Positions 29,738 through 39,306 are shown, counted from the stretch's first letter. The stretch: 64,000 bases of DNA from an uncultured Verrucomicrobiae bacterium (GCA_963719495.1 CAVRCI010000004.1:96001-160000), one strand, 5' to 3'. Translations and numbers: made by a program. Notes: generated by a model not told the origin, from the sequence alone.

Positions 29738-30613
29738 TCACGGCTGGACGTAGGAGCGGACGCGCTCGAGCGTCGTTTCGCCGATGCCGCGGACGCGGAT
29801 CAGGTCGTCCACGGAGTCGAAGGGGCGGGCGTCGATGATGCGTTGGGCGAGAACCGGACCGATGCCCGGCACCGACTCCAGTCCGGCGGCGTCCGCCAGA
29901 TTGATCGAGACCAAATCGCCGCTGGCGGATGGGACCGCGGAAAAGGCGGGTCGTAGGGCGCTGGGTTCCGGCTCGTCAGGTTCGGTAAGTTTGTCGATCC
30001 GCCACGGGGTGGGCGCGGCGACGGCGGCGGACTCTCCGCCGGACTCTCCGCCGTAGATTCCGGCTTTGCCGATGCGAGCGCGGTTTTCCAGCTGGTCGAG
30101 TTCGCGTTCGATCTGAGAGCTGGAAGGCCAGGCGGGCGGCGCGCCCTTCATTCCGTAGGAGCGCGCGAGTCCGTTGCGGACGAGTTCGGTCGCCAGGTTC
30201 AATTCCACGCCATTGCTTTCGTATATGATGTGTCCGTAGAAACGCGGTTGGCGGCTGGCTCCCCGGGCGTCCTCCCAGCGGGTGTGGACGATGAAGGTGC
30301 CGCTCCGCAGCGCGTCGGCGCTGAAATCCCCCGCGGTTTTTCCGAAGGCCATCACGGCGGCCTCGGAAACGCCGAAATGCTCGGCCTGCTCGCGGATCCG
30401 GCTCGGGACCTGTCGATTCGTCTCCGGCGTGTCCACGTAGTAGAGCCGAATGATGATGTCGCGGCCCCGGTAGTCGACGTGGAAGCTGTCCCCATCGGCG
30501 TAGGCTCCGCGGACGAGTCGGCAACCCGCGAGGATCTCCCAGTCGGCGGCCCCCAACCCAAAGATCGGGCTCAGGGCGAGAGTCACGGCGAGCAGCGGCG
30601 CTTTCCAGTTCAC
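29738..30613 (-). CDS. Thermonuclease (SNase-like) fused to ComEA-type helix-hairpin-helix domain
   Basis: Signal peptide; DGDSF, RLYYVDTPE, NGLAR; C-terminal INLA....LESVPGIGPVLAQRII..RPF.SVDDL.RVRGIG. Confidence 0.85.
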   Translation of the reverse strand: MNWKAPLLAVTLALSPIFGLGAADWEILAGCRLVRGAYADGDSFHVDYRGRDIIIRLYYVDTPETNRQVPSRIREQAEHFGVSEAAVMAFGKTAGDFSADALRSGTFIVHTRWEDARGASRQPRFYGHIIYESNGVELNLATELVRNGLARSYGMKGAPPAWPSSSQIERELDQLENRARIGKAGIYGGESGGESAAVAAPTPWRIDKLTEPDEPEPSALRPAFSAVPSASGDLVSINLADAAGLESVPGIGPVLAQRIIDARPFDSVDDLIRVRGIGETTLERVRSYVQP

Positions 30614-30619
30614 CGTCGC

Positions 30620-30648
30620 GGCATACGGGGTGCCGGGACTCGTGTCAA
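30620..30648 (-). promoter_or_regulatory. Putative promoter of a leaderless SNase-HhH transcript
   Basis: TTGACA-17-TATGCC then 6 nt to the GTG start. Confidence 0.55.
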
Positions 30649-30789
30649 AGCTCCGCTTCCTCCAACGGCCGGAATTACTATCTGTTTAAGTGATGGATAA
30701 ATGTAGACAGAACTTCTCAATCTTCATACTTGTAGGCCCAGGAAGAAGCATTCCCTCGGCAATTCCTCGACACCGAAAGGCCCAAACTC

Positions 30790-33477
30790 ATGATCAAATC
30801 ACTCTTCACAGCAACCATTGGGGCCGCCCTTTTATTCGCCATTCCGCAAGCCGGAGCCGGTGTTGCCAGCACGGCCAACGTGACGGCACTCAATCTTCAG
30901 TCCATCCCCGGAACTCCCTCCACCCAGAGTCAGGTCGGCGGCGGCACATCGTCTTTCAAATCGAATACCACCTACACGCTCAACTACAGCGGGGTGACAA
31001 ACCAGATTGCCTCGTTCACCACGAGCACCGGACTCTACGAGCCGCTCGTCTACCCCGGGACGATCACGACCACCCTGGTCCGGGTGCCGGGATCCGAGCC
31101 AAACAACAACAATATCATCTACTCGCGCCTCGGATCGACCAGTGGGAACACTTACAATCTCAGCGCCCCTTATTTTGGTGACGAGCAGCGGGCGTTCAAT
31201 TCGAACAACATCAATGTCGGGGCCGACAACTTCTTCGGAAACCGCGGAGACGGAAACGGTAACAACAATAACATCGAGCGGCTGGACGTTGTTTTCGGTG
31301 ACGGCCTCGAGGCCACGTCCGCGCTGGCCTTCACGGTCTTCGAGCGCGGGACCACCACCGGCCACGACCCCTTCGGCATGGCCGCGATCCTGGCCGTCGA
31401 CGCGCTGGGTCAGCCGACCGCTTACGGTCCTCTCGTGCGATTCGGCTCGGGTTCCTCCTACGGTCGCTACGGCACCTCGAACCTCGTTCCATCGAGCACA
31501 GATTGGCTCGTGACGCGGAACCTGGCGGCAAACCAGGGAGCGCCGGCGACCAATCCGTCCACCGTGGTCAAGAATCAGACCGTTGGCGGAGTCACCGTCG
31601 CGGTCATCGGCTCCGTCGCGGACAACGGACTCGGAGTCGCCCGAGGAACCAAGATTTTCGGCTATTCCCTCTTCGCTGGCGACGTGACCGGCACGGGGTC
31701 GCAGGTTCTCACGAATCCCGCGACCTTTCCTCGGGCCAGCAGCAGTGGCACCGGCGACGGCGGCATTGACCTGATCGCTTACACCGGCGTCGCTTTCAAC
31801 GAGGTGACGACCAATCCCTCCGTCAAGCTGACCAAAACCGGCACCTTCATTCCCTCCGCTCCGGCCCCGCTCGTGGCCAACGACATCTTCGGATCGGCCA
31901 GCAGCTTCAACGCGCTGGTTTTCGGTAACGTCACCGCCGAGAACGGCGACGTCGACGGCACGTTTGCCATCGGCGGCGACGCGACGATCAACGGCGGTTA
32001 CGCCGTGGGTTACGTCGTGAAAGGTCATCCGATCGCCCAGGTATCAGGCGGGACGACCGATCGCTTCATCATCGCCGGTGACCTCGCCGACGGGAATTTC
32101 GGGGTCAACGGCAACATCGTCGTCGGAGGCACCCGCACTGGACCCGACCGCGAGCCAACCAACGGGAATTCCTTGCGGTTCGTGAATCCAGTCACCTTCG
32201 ACGCGGCCGGCAACGTTCCCGACGACGGCAGCGGCACGACGTTCGCCGAACTCCGCGCCGGATTCATTCAGCGCAGCGGCCAGCTCGCCGACCTCGCCGA
32301 CCGGGGTGTCGTCGAAAAAGACCTGACACTCCCCTACCGCGCCGATCTCGTCGGCAACGACCCGGAGCTGAACGTTTTCAACGTGACCGCCGCCGAGTGG
32401 AGCCGCACCGGGAGTTCGATCAACATCACGGCCCCGGCCGGATCGACCGTTGTGATCAATGTGAGTGGAGGTCCGATCGACATCTCGAACAGCGGGATGC
32501 ACCTCGAAGGCATCGATCTCGAGCGCGTGCTCTTCAATTACGCCGACGCGACGGAGCTGAAGACCACGAACTTCGCGCACCTCGGATCCGTCCTGGCCCC
32601 GTTCGCCAACGGCGACTTCAACGCCGGGTCGATCGATGGGCGCGCGGTGATCGGTGGAAACTTCCGGAGCATCAACGGCTTCGAGGTTCACAACTTCTTC
32701 TTCAACGGCTCGGTGCCGCTTCCATCGGGCCCTCCGACTCCGGCAACGATCGTTTACACCTTCGAGATCGAAAACACCGGCGACGTCGACCTGGAGAACA
32801 TCACGATCACGGATCCGATGGTCACCGTTGACGGCGGCCCGATCACGCTTGCCGTCGGCGAGTCGGACACGACGACCTTCACGGCCACCTACTTCCCGAC
32901 CGACGCCGAGATCGCAGCGGGCACCATCTCGAACACCGCGACGGTGAACGGTGAGACCGCCGGCGGAGTTGAGCAGGTCTCCGACTCCGACACTTTCGTT
33001 CTCACCTTCCCGGGTGCGGGTGGTGCCACTGGAGGTGCTCCAGCACCAGCGTCTGGTGGTTCCGCCGCGGCTCCCGGTGCCTCGGCTCCCTTGGTCGCCG
33101 TTCCGGTTGCTCCCGGCTCCCGCCCCTTCGCATCGGGCCGGGCTGTGCTGTCGGTCGACGGACGCCAAGCCACCCTCTCGGGTGCCGCGAGCAGCATCAA
33201 CGACGAAGACCAGGCCGACCGGCCGGCCCTCCTCACGGAAGGCAGCAAGAAACGCCGCACGAAAGCCAGCCGCTCGACGATCCGCGGCACGGCCTACAAC
33301 GCCGCCCTGCTCGAGATCAAGACCGACAACGCCAGTTTCAAGCGGGTGAAGGGAACTCCAGCCCGTTGGCGGATCCGCACCGAGCGCCTCGAAGCCGGCC
33401 GCAACGTTGTCAAAATCCGAGCCATTGGTGCGACGGGAGCCTCCCGCCAGACCAAGGTGATCATCATCAAGGAATAA
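30790..33477 (+). CDS. Large secreted protein: unknown N-domain, choice-of-anchor A-like domain, DUF11-like Ig repeat, basic C-terminal domain
   Basis: Signal peptide; FNALVFG..DVDG..A.GG, LNVFNV, TVVINVSG, VLFNY, GSVLAP, FEVH; YTFEIENTGDVDL.NITITD; Gly/Ala/Pro linker. Confidence 0.78.
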   Translation: MIKSLFTATIGAALLFAIPQAGAGVASTANVTALNLQSIPGTPSTQSQVGGGTSSFKSNTTYTLNYSGVTNQIASFTTSTGLYEPLVYPGTITTTLVRVPGSEPNNNNIIYSRLGSTSGNTYNLSAPYFGDEQRAFNSNNINVGADNFFGNRGDGNGNNNNIERLDVVFGDGLEATSALAFTVFERGTTTGHDPFGMAAILAVDALGQPTAYGPLVRFGSGSSYGRYGTSNLVPSSTDWLVTRNLAANQGAPATNPSTVVKNQTVGGVTVAVIGSVADNGLGVARGTKIFGYSLFAGDVTGTGSQVLTNPATFPRASSSGTGDGGIDLIAYTGVAFNEVTTNPSVKLTKTGTFIPSAPAPLVANDIFGSASSFNALVFGNVTAENGDVDGTFAIGGDATINGGYAVGYVVKGHPIAQVSGGTTDRFIIAGDLADGNFGVNGNIVVGGTRTGPDREPTNGNSLRFVNPVTFDAAGNVPDDGSGTTFAELRAGFIQRSGQLADLADRGVVEKDLTLPYRADLVGNDPELNVFNVTAAEWSRTGSSINITAPAGSTVVINVSGGPIDISNSGMHLEGIDLERVLFNYADATELKTTNFAHLGSVLAPFANGDFNAGSIDGRAVIGGNFRSINGFEVHNFFFNGSVPLPSGPPTPATIVYTFEIENTGDVDLENITITDPMVTVDGGPITLAVGESDTTTFTATYFPTDAEIAAGTISNTATVNGETAGGVEQVSDSDTFVLTFPGAGGATGGAPAPASGGSAAAPGASAPLVAVPVAPGSRPFASGRAVLSVDGRQATLSGAASSINDEDQADRPALLTEGSKKRRTKASRSTIRGTAYNAALLEIKTDNASFKRVKGTPARWRIRTERLEAGRNVVKIRAIGATGASRQTKVIIIKE

Positions 33478-33528
33478 AGCTGAACGGCAGGGGCGGGATC
33501 CGGCTCGAAGCCAGCGACAAAATTAGGG

Positions 33529-33560
33529 AATGGGCGCACGAGAGTGCGCCCATTTTGTTT
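33529..33560 (+). terminator. Intrinsic terminator
   Basis: AATGGGCGCAC-GAGA-GTGCGCCCATT followed by TTGTTT. Confidence 0.85.
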
Positions 33561-33663
33561 CGCGGCGGTCGAGTTCGTTGGCGTCCGGAAGCTCGAGTCG
33601 ATTACGCCGTGCGGACCAGCCAATCCGCACTGCGGGATTGGTCGTCCTTAAAAGTGAAATGAG

Positions 33664-33716
33664 ACAGGATTTACAGGATTAACAGGATTTACAGGATTAA
33701 CAGGATTAACAGGATG
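33664..33716 (+). repeat. ACAGGATT(T/A) 9-mer tandem array (about 6 copies)
   Basis: Read directly; inverted remnant AATCCTGTAAA near 33803-33813; related short array near 51437-51462. Confidence 0.92.
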
Positions 33717-33847
33717 GTCCGAAACGCATCACGAGACAGGGATGGGCCAACCTTTCAGCACGCGGGGATTTTTTTTAGAATGATCGGAAATGAATCCCTT
33801 CAATCCTGTAAAGACCGTCCATCCGCGCGTTTCAGGATAAGGAGCGG

Positions 33848-33886
33848 GTGAGAAGCCAGAGATGTCTCGCTTCGCTCGACATGACA
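33848..33886 (+). repeat. Variant of the 11396 palindromic repeat
   Basis: ATGTC..GACAT replaces ATTCT..AGAAT (compensatory). Confidence 0.8.
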
Positions 33887-34057
33887 GCGAAAAGAGGGGA
33901 CGGACTCCGGCGCAGCCGAACCAACCAGGGTAGGGATGGTCGCGCCGCGCCATCCGTCGCCATCTCACGGGACGCCCGCGACCACCCAGAAGCGCTCTCC
34001 AAAGGAGCCGCGGATTCGGCGGGCGCGCGACGGTCGCCGGAACGGGATTGGCTGAGG

Positions 34058-34510
34058 CTACTCGCCGCTGAGCGTGTAGGTGGAGTCGAACTCTAGAACG
34101 CGGAGGCTGGTTTCGATGGTGAGGTGGATTTTTCCCTGTTTCGCTTCGGCGTCGTAAGGGGAAAATCGGGCTTCGATTTTACGCTGGTTGTCGGCGATGT
34201 CTTTGCTGGAAACACCTTTTCCGGTGATCGTGCCACCATTTTCGAGGTAGGTTTTGAGGCCTTTGCCGAGGGGAAGGGTGATCCGGCCTTCCTCCGATTT
34301 CGATTCCATCATTGGGACTTTGATCGAATAGGTGCCGATCAGGTCGCCGCCGGCGGCCGACATGGTGCCGACGTTGAGATTGACCTTGGCGACGCGAACG
34401 TAGGTCGAGGTGTCCGCTACTTCGACGGACGGAGATTCCGCGTGGGCGGCAACGGGGACAACGGCCGCAAGCAGACAAAGGGCGAAAGAAATTGGACGAA
34501 GACGGCGCAT
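34058..34510 (-). CDS. Hypothetical secreted protein
   Basis: Signal peptide (AHA-E), normal composition, upstream TTGAAT-17-CACAGT. Confidence 0.7.
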   Translation of the reverse strand: MRRLRPISFALCLLAAVVPVAAHAESPSVEVADTSTYVRVAKVNLNVGTMSAAGGDLIGTYSIKVPMMESKSEEGRITLPLGKGLKTYLENGGTITGKGVSSKDIADNQRKIEARFSPYDAEAKQGKIHLTIETSLRVLEFDSTYTLSGE

Positions 34511-35005
34511 GGCGGACTGTGCTCCGGGTTTGGGCGAAATTCAATGCGGCAGAGTGGGAAGGACGAAACCGATCGAAGGGTCCGCAATCCCTCAGCTTCT
34601 GGCAATCTCGCCGCTCGCTGCTTGCCTGGCGACGCGTCGTTTGATTCTGCCCGTGCGCTGTTTTACCAGCCGCCGCGCGTGAAGACCGAGACTTCGCCCG
34701 ACCCCGCCCCGGCACGGAGCGGATCACTGGCCCGCAAACTGACGATCGCCGCCGGTGGCGGTGTCGCGATTATGATCGGGAGCTCCCACGGCCACGGAAG
34801 CGGCACCCACTCGGTCGTCCTCGCTGCCACTGTCGCCTCCAGCGGCGGTCGCGACGGCCGAGTGAGACGTGGACGGGGACGGAACGGTGGATTTTGGCTT
34901 GGAACATGGCACTCGGGTCGATTCGCGCAACTTCACGCGAGGTTGATCTGTGACCGCGATGACCCTAATGACCGCTGTTTCAGCTTTTTTCGATGATCGG
35001 AATGA

Positions 35006-35293
35006 CGGACGGCTGGTCGCACCGGCTTCGCGGGCGCGCCGAGGGAGTTTTTTGGCAAGGTGGTGGAGCTGGACGGCCTCGGTGCGGCCGCGCATTTCGG
35101 CCTGGCGCAGGTGCGTGTGTTGTTGCTTAATCCGCGACGCGAGGGGGTGTTGGATTTGCTGGACGTGAACTACGCGGACGCCGTGGGGGATCCGCGGGCG
35201 GTCACGGAGCGGATGGGCGAGTTTTTGGGCGGGGCCTTCGACGTGGCGGCGCCCGGCGCGGTCGACGAGCGGCTCCGGCACGAGCGGCAGTGA
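35006..35293 (+). pseudogene. Possible remnant of a sulfotransferase-like domain
   Basis: LDVNYADAVGDPRAVTERMGEFLG..FD.....AVDERLRHER resembles sulfotransferase C-termini; no intact N-terminus (in-frame TGA at 35003). Confidence 0.35.
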
Positions 35294-35355
35294 GGGGCTG
35301 ATTTTTCTTCAGGAATTTACCGGCGCTCACAGAGCGCCGCCGCAGGCCTCCTGGC

Positions 35356-36216
35356 CTACCGTTTGCGTTGGCGGGAGCCGGGGCGTTCGGTGGAGGCAGG
35401 TTCGAACTCGGGGAGTTCGTAGCCGGGCCGCCGCGGTTCGCTGGTGCGGATTTTTCCGGAGCCGGGACGTTTCGCGATCATGGCTTGCTCGGCGGGGATC
35501 CAGCCTTGCTGGAAGGAATATTCGGAGAGCGTGGCGGTGATCTCGCGGGCGGTGCGGCGGATGTCGGCGGTGAGGCCGGGCAGGATGCCGATGCCGGCTC
35601 CGACGGCGACACGTCCAGCTCCGAGGACGGCCTGGGCACCGGTGGCGATGGTGAGGCCGGCGACTCCGCCGGGGCCGAGGGCGACGAGGGCGGTGAGGTT
35701 GGGCGCGGCCCCCGGGGGGGCGTTCGATCCTCCGCTGGTTCGGATCGACATGACGGGCTCGAGCTGGGGGGTGGAAAGGTCGTAAACGATGGAGGTGGTG
35801 ACGACTTTGGTCCCGCCGAGGCCGAACCCGACGAGGGCGCGCAGGGCGCGGCTCCCCTGCTCGACGCGATCGAATTGTCCGACGATCAGCCAGGCGTTGG
35901 ATCGGGGAAGCTCGCTGGGGTCGGCGATGATCTCGGTGGGAACGAGGTTGGCGTCGATCTGTTGGGCCAGGTCTTCGGCGAGGTGGCCGATGATGTCGTC
36001 CTGGAAGGCGGCGAGCTCCTGGCCGTCGCGGTCGGCCCGGATATTCGCGGCAGGCGCGGTGAAGGGGGCGATGTAGATGCGCTCGGGCTTGGTCGCGGGA
36101 TGGCTCGCGACATTGCTGCGGGGGGTCACCGAAGCGCAGCCAATCGTGACGAAAGCCACGACGAGCGCGAACGAAAGGTCGCGGAAAATGGAGAGCGGTG
36201 GGCGTTTGGGGGTCAT
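35356..36216 (-). CDS. DUF4410-like lipoprotein
   Basis: Lipobox TIGC; IVGQFDRVEQGSRALRALVGFGLGG motif. Confidence 0.7.
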   Translation of the reverse strand: MTPKRPPLSIFRDLSFALVVAFVTIGCASVTPRSNVASHPATKPERIYIAPFTAPAANIRADRDGQELAAFQDDIIGHLAEDLAQQIDANLVPTEIIADPSELPRSNAWLIVGQFDRVEQGSRALRALVGFGLGGTKVVTTSIVYDLSTPQLEPVMSIRTSGGSNAPPGAAPNLTALVALGPGGVAGLTIATGAQAVLGAGRVAVGAGIGILPGLTADIRRTAREITATLSEYSFQQGWIPAEQAMIAKRPGSGKIRTSEPRRPGYELPEFEPASTERPGSRQRKR

Positions 36217-36506
36217 CGGCTGCGGGAATCCGAACCCGGAAGGCAAGCGGCGTCAATCCTCGATGGCTCTTGGCGGGCCTTGGCGGGAAGCGGCGGGCTC
36301 TCCCGATTCGTTTTCGAAGGTTCGCCCGAAGCTTGATTCCCGGGTGAACATTCGGGTGATCCAGGGCGCGGACGATCTCGGCGGCGGAAGGTTTGACGCT
36401 CCGCGTTCGGTGATGGGCATCGGGTCCGGTGGCCGACGGACCCACCCGAAGCTACGGGCAGGATCCCGGTTTTCCCCCGCGGCTTTTCCTGTGGTAGCGT
36501 CCGGCG

Positions 36507-37673
36507 ATGCGGATTGCGGTGATCGGGTGTGGGATTGCGGGACCGGCGGCGGCGGTTCTCCTGGCGCGGGCGGGGCACGCGGTGGAGATCTTCGAGCGGT
36601 CGCCGACGCTGGGACCGGTCGGGGCGGGAATTCTCATTCAGCCGCCGGGGATGGCGGTGCTGCGGCGGCTGGGGTGCGGGGATGAGGTGATGCGATTGGG
36701 TGGTCGGGTGCGGCGGCTGAGCGGGTATCGACCGGATGGGCGGGTGGTGCTGGACTTGCCGTTTCCGGAGGATGGTCGGGCGGCGGTGGGGATTCATCGC
36801 GGGTGCCTCTTCGGGATGCTGCACGCGATGCTGCCGGGGGCGGGGGTGGTGGTGCAGACGGACGCCGACGTGGCTCGGGTGGTGGGAGATGTGGTCGAGC
36901 TGGCGGGCGGGGAGCGGGTGGGAGGGTTCGATCTGGTCGTGGTGGCGGACGGGGCGAACGCGCGGACGATCTGCGCGGGCTGGCGGGAGGAGGAGCCGCG
37001 GGCGCAGCGTTGGGGGGCTTGGTGGATGAGTCTGCCGGACCCGGGGCGGACGTTTCCGGAGACTTTGCACCAAATTTACGCGGGCCCGTCGAAGCTGATG
37101 GGCGTGCTGCCGACGGGGATATCGGAGGATGGGACGACGCCGAGTGTGAGCGTCTTCTGGGGGATTCGGATGGATCGGGCGGAGGCGTGGCGGGCGGCGG
37201 GGGTGGCGGCGTGCCGGCGGGAAATGCTGACGATGGATCCGCGGATGGCGGGAATGCTGGAGGGGCTGCGCGAGGTGGGGCAGATGACCCTGGCTCGGTA
37301 TTACGACCGGCTGCCGCGGCGGTGGTCGCGGGGGCGGGTGGTTCTCATCGGCGACGCGGCGCACGCGATGAGTCCGCATCTGGGGCAGGGTGCGAATCTG
37401 GCGCTGCAGGATGCGGCGGGGTTGGCGGATGCGGTCGAGGGCGAAGCGAAGTTGGAGGTGGGATTGCGCCGGTATTGGGCGGCGCGATTCGGGCACGTGC
37501 GGATGTATTCGCGGTTCTCGCGGTGGATGACCCCGTTTTTTCAGTCGGATCGGGCCGGGATCGCGGCGGCGCGTGATCTCGGGATGCCGGTGGTGACGTC
37601 GGTGCCGTGGATGCGGGAGCGGACGTTGCGGGTGCTGCGCGGCGAAGTGCGGCGGTGGCGGGACCTGGTGTGA
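36507..37673 (+). CDS. FAD-dependent monooxygenase (UbiH/salicylate hydroxylase-like)
   Basis: IGCGIAG, VVADGANA, LIGDAAHAMSPHLGQGANLALQDA. Confidence 0.9.
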   Translation: MRIAVIGCGIAGPAAAVLLARAGHAVEIFERSPTLGPVGAGILIQPPGMAVLRRLGCGDEVMRLGGRVRRLSGYRPDGRVVLDLPFPEDGRAAVGIHRGCLFGMLHAMLPGAGVVVQTDADVARVVGDVVELAGGERVGGFDLVVVADGANARTICAGWREEEPRAQRWGAWWMSLPDPGRTFPETLHQIYAGPSKLMGVLPTGISEDGTTPSVSVFWGIRMDRAEAWRAAGVAACRREMLTMDPRMAGMLEGLREVGQMTLARYYDRLPRRWSRGRVVLIGDAAHAMSPHLGQGANLALQDAAGLADAVEGEAKLEVGLRRYWAARFGHVRMYSRFSRWMTPFFQSDRAGIAAARDLGMPVVTSVPWMRERTLRVLRGEVRRWRDLV

Positions 37674-38095
37674 GGGAAATGCGAACCACGGATGGAGATG
37701 GATGGACGCGGATGAACTCGGAATGGATCCAATCGTCGGATCTTCGTCGAGCGAGGGATCGGGCGGCTCGGGTGCAATGGAACGGCTCGGCGGGAGCCTC
37801 GCCCTCCGGTTGGGACTGAGTTGGGGTCCCAGCTGACGTCGGCTTCGATGCCGCCGACCCAGCCGGCGATGAGGTTGTCGATGAGGCCGTAGATGACGGG
37901 GAAGATGATGGCCGCGACAACCGCGAAGATGAGGATGATGGTGCCGGGCAGACCGGTCTCGGAGGATGGTGCCATGGCTGCGATCACGCCGAAAATCAGG
38001 ATGAACGGCGCGAAGAGGAGCGTGCCGAGGGCGTAAACGGCTCCGAAGATCTTGCCGAATTGGACGGGGGCGATGCGGTTGAGGGTTTTCTTCAT
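37541..38095 (-). CDS. Small membrane protein (DUF3566-like), probably degraded, with read-through tail
   Basis: First ~88 aa hydrophobic ending NLIAGWVGGIE; the rest of the frame runs through a REP and overlaps the convergent gene by 133 nt. Confidence 0.5.
   Translation of the reverse strand: MKKTLNRIAPVQFGKIFGAVYALGTLLFAPFILIFGVIAAMAPSSETGLPGTIILIFAVVAAIIFPVIYGLIDNLIAGWVGGIEADVSWDPNSVPTGGRGSRRAVPLHPSRPIPRSTKIRRLDPFRVHPRPSISIRGSHFPHTRSRHRRTSPRSTRNVRSRIHGTDVTTGIPRSRAAAIPARSD
37783..37808 (+). repeat. REP CGGCTCGGCGGGAGCCTCGCCCTCCG (GGAG-type on minus strand)
   Basis: Identical 26-mer at 44116-44141. Confidence 0.85.
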
Positions 38096-38178
38096 GGTGG
38101 GCCTGTAGCGGTCTTTGCCTCGCGGGGGAATTGCTGACGGCTTGCGGGGGCGGGGTTTGTGTTGGATAAGTAAATCTA

Positions 38179-39306
38179 ATGAACCGCCGACTTCTCGCGC
38201 CCGAGCTGCATCCCATCATGGACAAGGTGGAGGCGGGGGAACGGATCTCCGACGCGGATGGCCTCGTTCTCTACCGGTCGAACGATCTGAACGGGATCGG
38301 AGTCATCGCGAACGTGGTGCGGGAGCGGATCAACGGGAACGTGGCGACCTACATTCACAACCGTTACATCAACTATTCGAACGTCTGCATTCTGCAGTGC
38401 CAGTTCTGCGCCTTCGGGGCGAAGAAGCGGGAGGATCACGCGTTCGAGCAGTCGATTCCGGAGATCATCGCGACGGTGCGGGAGGGGCTGGCGGAGGGCA
38501 TTACGGAGATTCACATGGTCGGGGGGCTTCATCCGAGCTTGGGACCGGATTGGTATCTGGAGTTGCTGCGGAGTCTGAAGGCGCTGGATCCGGGGCTTTA
38601 CGTGAAGGCTTTCACGGCGGTGGAAATGCGGCATCTGGCGTTTCGGATTTTTAAGAAGCCGCTGCGGGAGACGATGGAGATTCTGATCGAGGCCGGGTTG
38701 GGCGCGATCACGGGGGGCGGGGCGGAGATTTTCGATCAGGGTGTGCGGGATCAGATTTGCCGGGGGAAGGAGACGGCGGACGAGTGGGCGGAGGTGCATC
38801 GGACGTGGCACGAGCTGGGTCAGCGGAGCACCTGCACGATGCTTTACGGACACATCGAGACGGACGAGCAGCGGGTGGATCATTTGCGGAGGCTGCGGGA
38901 ATTGCAGGATGAGACGGGGGGATTCACGGGGTTCGTTCCGTTTGCGTTCGAGCCGGACGGGGCGCGCCCGATGTTGCGGGACATCCCGCACGCGACGGGG
39001 TTCGAGGAGTTGCGGAACCTGGCGGTGAGCCGGATCTACCTGGATAACATCGCGCACATCACGGCGTATTGGATCAGCCTGGGGCTGCCGCTGGCGCAGG
39101 TGTCGCTGAATTACGGGGTGGACGATCTGCATGGGACGATCATCGAGGAGAAGATCTTTCACATGGCGGGGGCGACGACGCCGCAGCAGCAGACGATGTA
39201 TGCGCTGGAAAAGGCGATCCGCGAGGCGGGGCGGGAGCCGATGCAGCGGAATACGTATTACCAGCGGATCAGTCCGGAGCTGGCGGAGCCGATGCTCGTG
39301 GCTTGA
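38179..39306 (+). CDS. mqnE: Aminofutalosine synthase (radical SAM)
   Basis: NYSNVCILQCQFCAF, EIHMVGGLHP, TMLYGHIET, EEKIFHMAGA; adjacent to mqnA. Confidence 0.88.
   Translation: MNRRLLAPELHPIMDKVEAGERISDADGLVLYRSNDLNGIGVIANVVRERINGNVATYIHNRYINYSNVCILQCQFCAFGAKKREDHAFEQSIPEIIATVREGLAEGITEIHMVGGLHPSLGPDWYLELLRSLKALDPGLYVKAFTAVEMRHLAFRIFKKPLRETMEILIEAGLGAITGGGAEIFDQGVRDQICRGKETADEWAEVHRTWHELGQRSTCTMLYGHIETDEQRVDHLRRLRELQDETGGFTGFVPFAFEPDGARPMLRDIPHATGFEELRNLAVSRIYLDNIAHITAYWISLGLPLAQVSLNYGVDDLHGTIIEEKIFHMAGATTPQQQTMYALEKAIREAGREPMQRNTYYQRISPELAEPMLVA

Noticed and set aside
33664..33716. Possible CRISPR or iteron array
   Set aside because: Simple 9-mer tandem without spacers; no rep gene nearby.
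34679..34996. Small membrane protein starting VKTETSP...ARKLTIAAGGGVAIMIG
   Set aside because: Only a short hydrophobic stretch and no family motif; could be a remnant but cannot be supported.
36213..38225. 670-aa Arg/Pro-rich minus-strand ORF
   Set aside because: Shadow of the monooxygenase; low-complexity composition.
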